DNA from: a virus | Reading direction: 5' to 3' (one strand) | DNA length: 40,999 bases | Virus genome (UHGV): UHGV-1366019 | Shown here: positions 1 through 8,749 of the stretch, piece by piece | Position numbering within the stretch: position 1 is the stretch's first letter | Layout of the letters: each line of letters starts with the position of its first letter | Translations under genes and position numbers: made by a program | The notes under the pieces: model-generated | The model's database searches: none | What the model was told of the DNA's origin: nothing | The model's input: only the letters and a program-made list of their open reading frames with translations

Positions 1-52
1 CTTTTTTTTCGCATGGTATACTTAATTCATAACTTAAGGGAGGAATTAAACA

Positions 53-241
53 ATGATAACTAAAGAAAATTACGAAAACGTATTACAAAAATTAAACGAA
101 AGATTTGACAAATTAAAAGCTGAAATGATTGAAGCATACGAGAAAGGAGATAACGAAAAAGGACATAGATTAAACGACAGACTAGAAAGCATCTTAGATG
201 TGATTTTACTAACTGAAATGGTATTAGATACTTTTAAATAA
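53..241 (+). CDS. hypothetical protein (62 aa)
   Basis: ORF with a strong upstream RBS (gggaggaa, spacer ~7). First gene after the promoter that is split across the window ends. Confidence 0.6.
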   Translation: MITKENYENVLQKLNERFDKLKAEMIEAYEKGDNEKGHRLNDRLESILDVILLTEMVLDTFK

Positions 242-255
242 AATCAGAAAAGGGG

Positions 256-284
256 TTGACAAGTTCAGCCCCAACTGATATACT
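256..284 (+). promoter_or_regulatory. sigma-A type promoter (TTGACA-N17-TATACT)
   Basis: Consensus -35 and -10 elements with a 17-nt spacer. Followed by an ATAAGATAA leader motif, then the RBS. Confidence 0.5.
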
Positions 285-314
285 TATTTCATAAGATAAA
301 TGGAGGAAAACAAA

Positions 315-512
315 ATGATGAAAAAACTAAACAACCTATCATATTTAGATGGGGTAGACATTTACAAATATCTTACCAAGACACACGGTAAGAAAAACGT
401 AGAGCGCAAATTACGCAAACATACAACTGACATTTACTTATTTGGGAAATACTTTGACACATATGATAACGAAGGTGAACCTAGAGGTTACAAATTAGTA
501 GCAGTAAATTAA
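315..512 (+). CDS. hypothetical protein (~65 aa)
   Basis: The ORF track starts at 300, but the GGAGGA at 303-308 is better placed as the RBS for the ATG at 315. Confidence 0.55.
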   Translation: MMKKLNNLSYLDGVDIYKYLTKTHGKKNVERKLRKHTTDIYLFGKYFDTYDNEGEPRGYKLVAVN

Positions 513-526
513 AGGGAGGATATGAG

Positions 527-970
527 ATGGACTTTCAAATTGGAACAGTAAAGAAAACGCAAGGACAAGTAAAGAAACACGCTTCACAGTTTACACACAA
601 GGAAGAAGAACAAGTATATAAAGCTAGAGAGCGTGTAAAAGATTTATGGTTAAAGCGTGGTATCAAGATTGGTTTTCACTTACAAGATAAAATCAGAAAT
701 GGTGAAACTAAATTTTCATATGAAATGACAATGAAAACCATGTTGAGTAGTACAATCGTAGAGTATAACGAAACAGGCGCAGACAAGCGTATTTTACTAC
801 GTTCACACTATTCAAAAAACAAAGAAGTACAGTGTATTGTTGTGTCACTATTAAGTGGTAAAGTAATTACAAGCTACCTAAACAAAGTAGATGACGTTCA
901 CAAGACACTTGACCCAAGGCGATATGACAAAAATTTGAAAATTAATTTACCAAAACACTTGACAAAATAA
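527..970 (+). CDS. hypothetical protein (147 aa)
   Basis: ORF with RBS agggagga. No recognisable motifs. Confidence 0.65.
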   Translation: MDFQIGTVKKTQGQVKKHASQFTHKEEEQVYKARERVKDLWLKRGIKIGFHLQDKIRNGETKFSYEMTMKTMLSSTIVEYNETGADKRILLRSHYSKNKEVQCIVVSLLSGKVITSYLNKVDDVHKTLDPRRYDKNLKINLPKHLTK

Positions 971-1018
971 AAAGAATCATTTATACTAACTATATAATCA
1001 ATTAGGAGGAATAAGTAA

Positions 1019-1291
1019 ATGAAACATAAAGGATTAATTATTGGATTGGCAGTAGGATTAAGTTTTTCAGCAAGTACAGCAATGTTAACAAATAATTTAA
1101 ACAAACAGAAATTAGAAGAAGCTAAAAATGAAATAGGTTTATATAAAGGTTTGAATGACCAGCAACAAGATATTATTTTGAAATATAAGCAAGTTTCAGG
1201 AATTGAAGTATCAAGTATCACAAAAACACTACACAATGAACAATTAATTATTGAATTAGAAAAACGAATTAACGACTTGGAGGAAAAATAA
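1019..1291 (+). CDS. hypothetical protein with N-terminal hydrophobic segment or signal anchor (90 aa)
   Basis: RBS aggagga. N-terminus LIIGLAVGLSFSASTA is hydrophobic. C-terminus ...RINDLEEK overlaps the next RBS. Confidence 0.6.
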   Translation: MKHKGLIIGLAVGLSFSASTAMLTNNLNKQKLEEAKNEIGLYKGLNDQQQDIILKYKQVSGIEVSSITKTLHNEQLIIELEKRINDLEEK

Positions 1292-1292
1292 A

Positions 1293-1457
1293 ATGAATGA
1301 AAATTTAGAAATTTCAGTAGCATTATTGGTGGCATTTGTAGTAGGTATCTTTACAATCGTATTCACAGGTTCAAGTGATGCTGCATTAGTAGCATGGTTA
1401 GTATCATTTGGACTAACATTTTTAGCAACTCAAACACAAGTTAAGGAGGATAACTAA
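1293..1457 (+). CDS. small membrane protein (54 aa, two predicted TM segments)
   Basis: Not in the ORF track (<60 aa). RBS ttggaggaaaa 6 nt before ATG 1293. Sequence MNENLEISVALLVAFVVGIFTIVF...LVAWLVSFGLTFLA. Confidence 0.5.
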   Translation: MNENLEISVALLVAFVVGIFTIVFTGSSDAALVAWLVSFGLTFLATQTQVKEDN

Positions 1458-1458
1458 A

Positions 1459-1668
1459 ATGAATTTATTACAAGCATATGAAGTGGTAGACAGTCATTTT
1501 TTAGTAGTGAAAGAATCAAATGGTATGACTGCATTAGTAATTGACACAACAAGTGACAAGTCAGTAGCACGATTATTTAATAAGTATAATGAGTTGACAA
1601 AGGTATTAAATATCAGTTACAATGAATCATGGGGCGGAATTGAATTAGTAATTGGAGAGGAAGAATAA
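1459..1668 (+). CDS. hypothetical protein (69 aa)
   Basis: RBS aaggagga. Tightly packed with its neighbours. Confidence 0.6.
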   Translation: MNLLQAYEVVDSHFLVVKESNGMTALVIDTTSDKSVARLFNKYNELTKVLNISYNESWGGIELVIGEEE

Positions 1669-1670
1669 TA

Positions 1671-1895
1671 ATGACAAACTTAGAGCTTATTGAAAAATTA
1701 GACAAAGACACGTACAACATGACACAGAACTTTTTGGAAAAAGGTGTAACACAACATGAAATTGATTTATATGTTACAAAAGGTGTTACAATGTATCTAA
1801 TGCTATTGAAAGAATATGGAGAAAACATTGACAAACACATTGAAAATGGTAAAAATACAATGGAGCGATTAGAAATTACAGGAGGTACTTTATAA
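1671..1895 (+). CDS. hypothetical protein (74 aa)
   Basis: RBS ggagagga. Stop/start overlap with the next gene. Confidence 0.6.
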   Translation: MTNLELIEKLDKDTYNMTQNFLEKGVTQHEIDLYVTKGVTMYLMLLKEYGENIDKHIENGKNTMERLEITGGTL

Positions 1896-2128
1896 TGAAA
1901 ACAGAACGTATTATTGCAATTGACAATATTTTGAATGAACTGGAAAATGATTTCAGAAGTAAAGGTGTTTCACAAGATGACATAGAAAAGTATGCAACAT
2001 ACACTGTATTAGCAATGTTAGGTGTATTTTCTCAAAATAATATTGATGTAGAAAAAGCAATTGACCTATTAACAAATATGTTACAAGGCAATAAAAAAGG
2101 TGGTTCAGTACGTGAAACAAGAAGCTAA
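1895..2128 (+). CDS. hypothetical protein (77 aa)
   Basis: RBS aggaggt. ATGA overlap with the previous gene. Confidence 0.6.
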   Translation: MKTERIIAIDNILNELENDFRSKGVSQDDIEKYATYTVLAMLGVFSQNNIDVEKAIDLLTNMLQGNKKGGSVRETRS

Positions 2129-2486
2129 ATTCAGTAGAAAAGTTGTAGATTATTTGGAAGCTAAAGGAGCAGTAGTAAACGTCAATACGGCAACCATATA
2201 TGACCGTGTTGGACGTGCAGACGTTGAAGCGTGCTACTTAGGTTATTATATTGCTTTAGAATTGAAAACAGGAAACTACCAGCCAGACCCATTGCAAATC
2301 ACATATTTACAACAAGTTAGATGTGCTGGTGGATATGGTTTACTATTAAGAGATACGCTTGATGATTTAGAGGACCTATTACTACACTTAGACCAGATGG
2401 ATAATGGTGTGGAATATCCATACACATATGAACAACCGATTCTGCCAGAAATAAATTATGACGAATTGGAGATTGACTATGATTGA
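2112..2486 (+). CDS. VRR-NUC-like PD-(D/E)XK nuclease domain protein
   Basis: Motif GRADVEAC...YYIALELK fits a D...E-x-K nuclease core of VRR-NUC type. The track start 2100 is GTG without an RBS; GTG 2112 is preceded by AAGGTGG with an 8-nt spacer. Confidence 0.5.
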   Translation: MKQEAKFSRKVVDYLEAKGAVVNVNTATIYDRVGRADVEACYLGYYIALELKTGNYQPDPLQITYLQQVRCAGGYGLLLRDTLDDLEDLLLHLDQMDNGVEYPYTYEQPILPEINYDELEIDYD

Positions 2487-2967
2487 AGAATGGAAAGATA
2501 TTAAAGGTTATGAGGGTTTATATCAGGTTAGTAATTTAGGTAATGTTTACTCAAATATAACTAAAAAGAAACTAAAAGCAAGAATTAAAAGATATTCATA
2601 CTTAGGTGTTGTACTATACAATAATGAAGTAGCAAAACACTACACAATACACCGCCTAGTAGCGGAAGCATTTATACCAAACCCAGAAAACAAACCACAG
2701 GTAAACCATATTGATGAAGATAAAACAAACAACATGGTTTCTAATCTTGAATGGTGTACAGCTAAAGAGAATGCAAATCATGGTACACGTAATAAAAGAA
2801 TGAGTCATAGAGTAAAAGCTATAGATATTGCAACAGGCGAATACAATATCTATAACTCAATACGAGAATGCGGGAGAAAATTAAACATAAGTAGCGGAAA
2901 TATCAGTAAGCAATTAAATAGAAAAATTAAACATGTTGGAGGTTATATATTTGAGTATTCCAAATAA
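2479..2967 (+). CDS. HNH homing endonuclease (NUMOD4-like N-terminus plus HNH_3)
   Basis: WKDIKGYEGLYQVSNLGNV is the N-terminal motif typical of phage HNH homing endonucleases. HIDEDKTNNMVSNLEWCTAKENANHG is an HNH motif. Start taken at ATG 2479, inside the track ORF 2458. Confidence 0.8.
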   Translation: MIEEWKDIKGYEGLYQVSNLGNVYSNITKKKLKARIKRYSYLGVVLYNNEVAKHYTIHRLVAEAFIPNPENKPQVNHIDEDKTNNMVSNLEWCTAKENANHGTRNKRMSHRVKAIDIATGEYNIYNSIRECGRKLNISSGNISKQLNRKIKHVGGYIFEYSK

Positions 2968-4255
2968 AATAGGTAAGATTACTTTATTACCAAATCAAAT
3001 TGAATCAATTGAGAACTGGAAAGAAAAACCTTTTGATTTATCAGATGCAGGTGTTGGTAAAACCTATAGCGCATTAGGTGCCTACCTGCAATCTGGGTGC
3101 AGTAAGTTATTAGTTATATGCTTAGCACCAAAAGTCAGTGACTTTGCAGAAGATGGAGCTTTGATGGATATTGATATTACTCCATTAAACAGAGGAACAA
3201 AGAAAAACAAAGAACTGTTAGCTGAATCAGATAAAGTTGCAATCAGTTTTGAAAGTGTTTGGCGTATCACTGAATTAATGAAGTGGGTTGACAAAGACAC
3301 CTTTATAATTATTGATGAAGGACACAAGGTAGGAGTAGTAAGCTCTAAGGTTACCAAGTTTGTAATGAAGTTGACAAATAAAACCATGTATGTTAGAATA
3401 CTAACAGCAACACCTGTTAGCAATGGAAAACTTGAAAATTATTATCCATTGTTATATATGCTCAATGTATTCCGCAAACCTAAAAAAGAATTTGAAGAAC
3501 TATTTGTTATTAAGCAAATGCGCCAAATGGGTTCGCTTAGGTTCATGCAAATTGTTGGGTATCAGAACGAGCATTTATTAAATGATATGATAAATAGCGT
3601 TGCGGTGCGTTTTACACGTGATAAAGACTATTTCCCAGCAGATTATGTGTATAAGACTAAAAAGCCAGCTATGTATGCTAAATTGAAAAAGAACCGCATG
3701 TACAAAGCAGATAACGGCGAAGTGATTGAATTAGATAATAGTAGTAAACTATTTAACGCAATGCGCTGTGTGTCACATGGTTTCTTATTAGGAATCAATA
3801 AACAGGTAAGTAAAGAACCATTTGAACGACTGAACCAGATTCTTGAAACACACAATGACGAACGAATAGTTATATTTTATAATTACAATGTAGAACTTGA
3901 AATGTTGAAACAAGTATTAGACAAGTTAAAACGTCCATATAGCCAATATAATGGCGCTAGCAAAGACTTAAAAGCGTTTAAAGGTAAAGACAACGGTGTT
4001 GTGTTAGCACACTACAAATCAGCTTCTACAGGTATTAATGACTTTGTTATTGCGAATGTGACAATTTACAATTCAATGCCTTTAGAATCAATTAACTATG
4101 AACAATCAAAAGCACGCACAGACCGCTATGGTCAAACGAAGAAACCACTTTATTATCACATTGTACCTGAAACACCAACGGAGAAAAAGATTTTTGAAAC
4201 AGTCACAAACGGAAAAGACTTTACTAATGAAGATATTGAAAACATTTTAAAATAA
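2951..4255 (+). CDS. SNF2/DEAD-like superfamily-2 helicase
   Basis: Motif I GVGKTYSALGAY, DEGH box (IIIDEGH), motif III LTATPVSNG, motif VI QSKARTDRYGQ. Probable TTG start at 2951 after GGAGG at 2938-2942; the track ATG at 2933 lacks an RBS. Confidence 0.75.
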   Translation: MSIPNKIGKITLLPNQIESIENWKEKPFDLSDAGVGKTYSALGAYLQSGCSKLLVICLAPKVSDFAEDGALMDIDITPLNRGTKKNKELLAESDKVAISFESVWRITELMKWVDKDTFIIIDEGHKVGVVSSKVTKFVMKLTNKTMYVRILTATPVSNGKLENYYPLLYMLNVFRKPKKEFEELFVIKQMRQMGSLRFMQIVGYQNEHLLNDMINSVAVRFTRDKDYFPADYVYKTKKPAMYAKLKKNRMYKADNGEVIELDNSSKLFNAMRCVSHGFLLGINKQVSKEPFERLNQILETHNDERIVIFYNYNVELEMLKQVLDKLKRPYSQYNGASKDLKAFKGKDNGVVLAHYKSASTGINDFVIANVTIYNSMPLESINYEQSKARTDRYGQTKKPLYYHIVPETPTEKKIFETVTNGKDFTNEDIENILK

Positions 4256-4258
4256 GTA

Positions 4259-4299
4259 TTGACAACTACTATATCCTATGATATAGTAGGTACATAAGA
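4259..4299 (+). promoter_or_regulatory. promoter TTGACA-N17-TATAGT with an overlapping 9-bp inverted repeat (operator-like)
   Basis: ctactatat...atatagtag spans the spacer and the -10. The same palindrome recurs at 38043..38082. Confidence 0.5.
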
Positions 4300-4316
4300 T
4301 AAGAGGAGGATAAATA

Positions 4317-5186
4317 ATGGAAGTATTAAGACTTAGAAAAAACGGTAAAGCACCATATAAAGAAGGTGCTTTCAATGGTGAAGATAAAGCAGAAGTGAAG
4401 AAGTGGGTTGCAGAAGGTGGCAACTATGGTATCTTAACAGGTAAGATTTCAGGTATTGCAGTGATTGATATTGACACTCATAATGGCGTTAGTGGTGCTG
4501 ATAACCTCAAAGAGTTTTGCGAAAAGTATGATATTGAATTACCAGACACTAAAACAGTTATGACACCAAGCGGTGGGCTTCACATGTATTACAAGCTACC
4601 TGAAAAATATAATGATGTACAATTCATTCAAAACCACAAGGAACTTGAAGGTGTTGACTTCCAAACACATGGACGGTACATTGTTGGGTGGGGCTCTAAA
4701 TTAATGCAATACGAACATGTGAAGAACTCATTAGCACCAGCACCAAGCAACGCAATAAATGTAAAGGTAAAAGAAGTAACAGAACCACACACTGGCAACA
4801 CTATGACGGCTACTACTTATGATGTACCAACTGGAAAAACGGTAAAATATGAAGTAATTGACAATTCACCAATTGCAGACCTACCTCCAAAATGGTTTGA
4901 CATTTTCACAGATAAAACCATTCAAAAGCAAAACAAAAAACGTGAACGCAAATGGACTGCAAACCTATTAGGTGACATTATCGCTGGTAGTGATGAAGGA
5001 GGACGAAACAACTGGATAACGCAAATGATTGGTAAGTTATTTGCTACTGGCTTAGAACATGAAGAAGTGTGGGTATGGTCACAATATGTAAACCAAATTG
5101 GGTGCAACCCACCACTTGACGGAACAGAGTTGAAACGCACCTATGAATCAGTTAAAAAACGAGAAGAACGGAGAATGGCAGAATGA
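4317..5186 (+). CDS. DNA primase-polymerase (PrimPol N-terminal domain plus PriCT_1-like C-terminus)
   Basis: AVIDIDTHNG (DxD), SGGLHMYYK (hGxH) and GVDFQTHGRYIVGWGS are the three PrimPol catalytic motifs. C-terminus GGRNNWITQMIGKL...EEVWVW resembles the primase C-terminal PriCT_1 domain. Confidence 0.7.
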   Translation: MEVLRLRKNGKAPYKEGAFNGEDKAEVKKWVAEGGNYGILTGKISGIAVIDIDTHNGVSGADNLKEFCEKYDIELPDTKTVMTPSGGLHMYYKLPEKYNDVQFIQNHKELEGVDFQTHGRYIVGWGSKLMQYEHVKNSLAPAPSNAINVKVKEVTEPHTGNTMTATTYDVPTGKTVKYEVIDNSPIADLPPKWFDIFTDKTIQKQNKKRERKWTANLLGDIIAGSDEGGRNNWITQMIGKLFATGLEHEEVWVWSQYVNQIGCNPPLDGTELKRTYESVKKREERRMAE

Positions 5187-5395
5187 GTAATGCAATGCAC
5201 ATGTTTAGAAAACAATTTCCAAATGGGTGGTTAGTTGATGTGCAACACGACCCAGATGGTTTCAACGACCGTTACAGTACAGATTATCCGTATTCAGTAA
5301 TGGTACAAAATGTAGAAACTGGCTTTGCTAGTTTTGAAAACATTGAAACTGCAGAAGAAGTATTTAAAATTATAGCAGACACCAAAAAATGGTAA
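5183..5395 (+). CDS. hypothetical protein (70 aa)
   Basis: Overlaps the previous stop (ATGA). RBS ggaga. Confidence 0.55.
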   Translation: MSNAMHMFRKQFPNGWLVDVQHDPDGFNDRYSTDYPYSVMVQNVETGFASFENIETAEEVFKIIADTKKW

Positions 5396-5495
5396 ACAAA
5401 AAAAGCCAACTCATACGAGTTGACCTAAGATAGTTGAAGGTGGGAGGAATCACCTTTGCTATAAATATATTATATCATAAAATTAAAGTTTTGTG

Positions 5496-5524
5496 TTGAC
5501 AAATAAACGTCAATATGATACAAT
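5496..5524 (+). promoter_or_regulatory. promoter TTGACA-N17-TACAAT
   Basis: Consensus hexamers upstream of 5555. Confidence 0.45.
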
Positions 5525-5554
5525 AATACTTATAAAACATTAGGAGGAATTTAA

Positions 5555-5986
5555 ATGAAATTACATGATGGAATGTTAGTAAAACGCAAAGATAATGGTG
5601 AAAAAGGTGTAGCACATAAAATGGAAGGTAAAATGTGGAAAGTAAAATATCATGATGGAACACACACATATACGACAGAAAGTGCTTTTAAAAACCACTT
5701 TGTTATTCCTGAATTAGAAATTGAATTTGAAGATGATTCAAAATGCGATGGTGTTGAACCTGAAAGAGGACTGATTGACAATCAAAAACATTACACAAAC
5801 AATGGTATCCAACCTATTCAAATCATGAAAGCTAACATGACAAAAGAGAAATACCGTGGTTTCTTAGAAGGAAACATTCTAAAATATCCATTGCGTTATG
5901 AGGATAAAAACGGATTAGAGGACCTTAAAAAAGCAAAAACATACCTAACTTGGCTGATTGAAGATATTGAAGAAAGAGGGTTGTAA
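5555..5986 (+). CDS. DUF3310-like phage protein
   Basis: C-terminal half KHYTNNGIQPIQIMKAN...LKYPLRYEDKNGLEDLKKAKTYL matches the conserved DUF3310 pattern (HY..gIepI...KY..R...KG..eDL.KA..Yl). Confidence 0.5.
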   Translation: MKLHDGMLVKRKDNGEKGVAHKMEGKMWKVKYHDGTHTYTTESAFKNHFVIPELEIEFEDDSKCDGVEPERGLIDNQKHYTNNGIQPIQIMKANMTKEKYRGFLEGNILKYPLRYEDKNGLEDLKKAKTYLTWLIEDIEERGL

Positions 5987-5987
5987 T

Positions 5988-6191
5988 ATGGAAAAAGTAA
6001 GGGTGTTTAATAGACCAATTGGAAATTATAAAACCATTCATTTAGAATGTAATAAAAACGACCTAGATTATTTAGAAGTAACAAAATACCCAGATGGTGA
6101 TATTATGGTTAGTATAGATACAACTATTCCAGAAGATAGCATTGTATTAAATATTGAACAACTAGAAAAGTTATTGGAGGAACTTAAATGA
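5988..6191 (+). CDS. hypothetical protein (~67 aa)
   Basis: The track ORF starts at 5958. ATG 5988 is preceded by aagaggg, so it is the likelier start. Confidence 0.5.
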   Translation: MEKVRVFNRPIGNYKTIHLECNKNDLDYLEVTKYPDGDIMVSIDTTIPEDSIVLNIEQLEKLLEELK

Positions 6192-6667
6192 TTGAAAAAT
6201 TTGAACCATTGTTTGAACCGTATGACAGATACGCAGTTTCAAACATGGGATATGTAATAGACCGTGACACAGGTTTAACGGTCTGGAACTCATATGAGGA
6301 TAACGGCAAACCATACGTAGTCTTAGAAGGCTCACACAATAAGACACGTAAGTTTTTTATTGCTAACTTAGTAGCTGAATCATTTGTATTAAATAAAGAC
6401 AATCTAGGCTATCTGTATTACAAAGATGGTGATGTTAACAATACACATTGCAACAACCTTGGGTGGGCTATTAACCCACAAGAAGGCAAACAACGTGTTG
6501 CACGTCCACTGCGTAAAAAAGTAGAGGATAAACGTCATAAATTAATTATTGAAATTAATAAATGTATTGACAAAGATAAATGGGATACTGCTAAACGACT
6601 TGGCAAAGAGTTATGGGAATTAGAAGGCAACCCATGGTCTGAACGCAATACACCATCTCAATATTAG
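6188..6667 (+). CDS. HNH endonuclease (second homing-type copy)
   Basis: YAVSNMGYV is a NUMOD4-like motif. KDGDVNNTHCNNLGW is an HNH_3-like motif. Confidence 0.65.
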   Translation: MIEKFEPLFEPYDRYAVSNMGYVIDRDTGLTVWNSYEDNGKPYVVLEGSHNKTRKFFIANLVAESFVLNKDNLGYLYYKDGDVNNTHCNNLGWAINPQEGKQRVARPLRKKVEDKRHKLIIEINKCIDKDKWDTAKRLGKELWELEGNPWSERNTPSQY

Positions 6668-6677
6668 GAGGTAGCAA

Positions 6678-7454
6678 ATGTCATTCAAATGGAACGTACA
6701 TTACACAGGCAGTAAAGGAAATGCAGTATCAATTTTTAATAACAATTTAGGTATCTTAGTAGATTTTGGTAAACCATATAAATATATTGAGCCATTCTTA
6801 TATGATGTTCATTTCTTAATTGTAACTCATAGACATGGTGACCATTTTAAGCCAGCTGTTTATAAGAAGATTCGTGAAAACTTTCCAAACATTAAAATTT
6901 TAGCTAATGAAGAAGTAAGCAACTTAATGTTTGAAAAAGCAAAAATTCCAGCAGATGTTGTCTTTAGTGATAACTTTCAATTTCAAATTGGCACAATGAA
7001 ATTCACAACTATTCAGAACTATCATGGTGCTGGTGAAGAACTGGTTGACTGTCATGGCTTCATTATTGAAGATACAGAAACACAAGAGGTATTATTATAT
7101 GCAACTGATTTAAGCACTACAATAGACTATCAGGAATATTTAGATAAAAACGCTTTACAAGTAGACTACTTTTTGTTAGAATCTAACTATGACCCACAAG
7201 TAATTGAATTTTATGAATCAACGAAAGCACACACTGGTTTTGATATTTTTAGCAACGGTTCATATCGTCACTTAGCTTCAACTGAACATAAAGAATTTAC
7301 AGAAAAGTATTGCAAACCAAATTCAATTGTGGTACCATTGCACCAAAGCGAAACATATTCAACTTTTGAAGGACTAATAAAACGTACTAAAAAAGATGAA
7401 AATAAAATCACAATGGAGGACGTGGAAGCATGGAAAAAAAGCAAGAACAAATGA
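6678..7454 (+). CDS. metallo-beta-lactamase-fold hydrolase
   Basis: THRHGDHF is the HxHxDH zinc-binding motif. Further His/Asp residues lie downstream. Confidence 0.75.
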   Translation: MSFKWNVHYTGSKGNAVSIFNNNLGILVDFGKPYKYIEPFLYDVHFLIVTHRHGDHFKPAVYKKIRENFPNIKILANEEVSNLMFEKAKIPADVVFSDNFQFQIGTMKFTTIQNYHGAGEELVDCHGFIIEDTETQEVLLYATDLSTTIDYQEYLDKNALQVDYFLLESNYDPQVIEFYESTKAHTGFDIFSNGSYRHLASTEHKEFTEKYCKPNSIVVPLHQSETYSTFEGLIKRTKKDENKITMEDVEAWKKSKNK

Positions 7455-7618
7455 GTTATAAAATGTTACTGATGTTAGATTATGGGTATACTGTAAATGA
7501 CCTACTAAACACATTAGAGGAACTAAGAGACCTAATTAAAATGGGGTTCACATTTAACGAGATTTTCAAAGTTAAGTGGCTACGATTGAAAGCGGAGGAC
7601 GAACGCAATGGAATTTGA
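7430..7618 (+). CDS. hypothetical protein (62 aa)
   Basis: RBS ggaggacg. Overlaps its neighbours. Confidence 0.5.
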   Translation: MEKKQEQMSYKMLLMLDYGYTVNDLLNTLEELRDLIKMGFTFNEIFKVKWLRLKAEDERNGI

Positions 7619-8426
7619 AATTGCAATTAAAACCAATGGTGTTCAGTCAATTGAATTTGCAGACTATGAAAAAATACTAAATGACGCACAGAAGTTGGCT
7701 GATAAAATGAAAGAGCAAGAAGTTACAGCAGAAACAATCAAAGAGAATAAAAAACTAGTAGCTACAATCAATAAACGAATTAGAGAGCTAGACACACAAC
7801 GTAAACTAGTGAAAAGTGAAATCATGACACCTTATGACGAATTAAACGAAAAGATTCAGACTTTAAAGGACGTACTAAAGGAAGGTATAGAACATGTCAA
7901 TGTACAAATTAAAACGTTCAACGAGCAAGAACAAAAAGAACGTACATTACAGATTGAAGAACTTTTCAATAAGTACCAAGCTTCATATAATGCGCCACAA
8001 TGGCTATCTTTTGATAAGTTCATTGCAAAAAATAGAAGTTTAGTAACTAATAAAGCAACCTCACAAAAGACAATCACACAAGCGGTTGTAATGTATTTTG
8101 AACTGTTTAAACAGGACTATTCAGACTTGAAAGAACAGGTAACAGATAAAGATGACCGCATGGCAATACTTATTGCATATTCAAGAAATGGTTTCAATAT
8201 GAATGAAGCTATTGAAGAGTTCAAAGAAATGAAGTCAGAACGTGAACGACTTGAAAAGGAACAACAACGAGTAAGAGAAACGAAAGTTCCTGATATTGTA
8301 ATTTTGACAGGAAACGAAGATAAAGTTGTTGACAAACCAGTTGAAGTGAGTTATACTAATATTAAGGTTAAGACATCAGACTTAGCCAAACTAAAACAAT
8401 TAGGTATTGAATGGGAGGAAATTTAA
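7608..8426 (+). CDS. hypothetical coiled-coil protein (possibly DUF1351-like, recombination/replication associated)
   Basis: 272 aa, K/E-rich coiled coil. Position upstream of an SSB-tail protein and the DNA polymerase resembles DUF1351 contexts. Family assignment is uncertain. Confidence 0.6.
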   Translation: MEFEIAIKTNGVQSIEFADYEKILNDAQKLADKMKEQEVTAETIKENKKLVATINKRIRELDTQRKLVKSEIMTPYDELNEKIQTLKDVLKEGIEHVNVQIKTFNEQEQKERTLQIEELFNKYQASYNAPQWLSFDKFIAKNRSLVTNKATSQKTITQAVVMYFELFKQDYSDLKEQVTDKDDRMAILIAYSRNGFNMNEAIEEFKEMKSERERLEKEQQRVRETKVPDIVILTGNEDKVVDKPVEVSYTNIKVKTSDLAKLKQLGIEWEEI

Positions 8427-8672
8427 ATGGGTTTATTTGATTGGAAATTACATGACCTAAATGGCAAGCATGATGTAGACTTAGTAGTTGGTGTAACGTG
8501 TGGTGGTCAACAACTATGGATTGACCATGTAGGTTATTCATTTCATGAGTTCAACATGGTTTCAAATGATGATGAAACCATTATAAAAGGAAGTGTGTAT
8601 GAAGATGGTGGATTGGAACTAGTAAACGTATTTCTAAATTGTAAAAAGAAATATATTTTATTTGGAAAATAA
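8427..8672 (+). CDS. hypothetical protein (81 aa)
   Basis: RBS gggaggaaa. Confidence 0.55.
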   Translation: MGLFDWKLHDLNGKHDVDLVVGVTCGGQQLWIDHVGYSFHEFNMVSNDDETIIKGSVYEDGGLELVNVFLNCKKKYILFGK

Positions 8673-8749
8673 GGTACACAAGTTAGGGAAAGTATGTTAT
8701 ACTATTTAAGTAGTAAAAAATAAAAACAAATTATTGGAGGAATTTTATT

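Noticed and set aside
251-282. Hairpin ggggttga-caagt-tcagcccc overlapping the -35 of the first promoter, considered as a terminator.
   Set aside because: It is not followed by a T-run on either strand. More likely it is incidental or a regulatory stem within the promoter.
898-1335. 145-aa - strand ORF in the early + strand block. Other short - strand ORFs occur in 3082-10917 and + strand ORFs in 23127-27896.
   Set aside because: They overlap RBS-preceded genes on the other strand, are low-complexity and lack SD sequences, so I treat them as spurious.
2100-2111. GTG start at 2100 for the VRR-NUC gene, as given in the ORF track.
   Set aside because: No SD precedes it, and it overlaps the upstream gene by 29 nt. 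GTG 2112 has AAGGTGG at the proper spacing.
5396-5440. Hairpin caactc-atac-gagttg with an A-run upstream, which would read as a - strand terminator.
   Set aside because: No - strand gene ends nearby. It may block antisense transcription, but the evidence is weak, so it is not reported as a feature.
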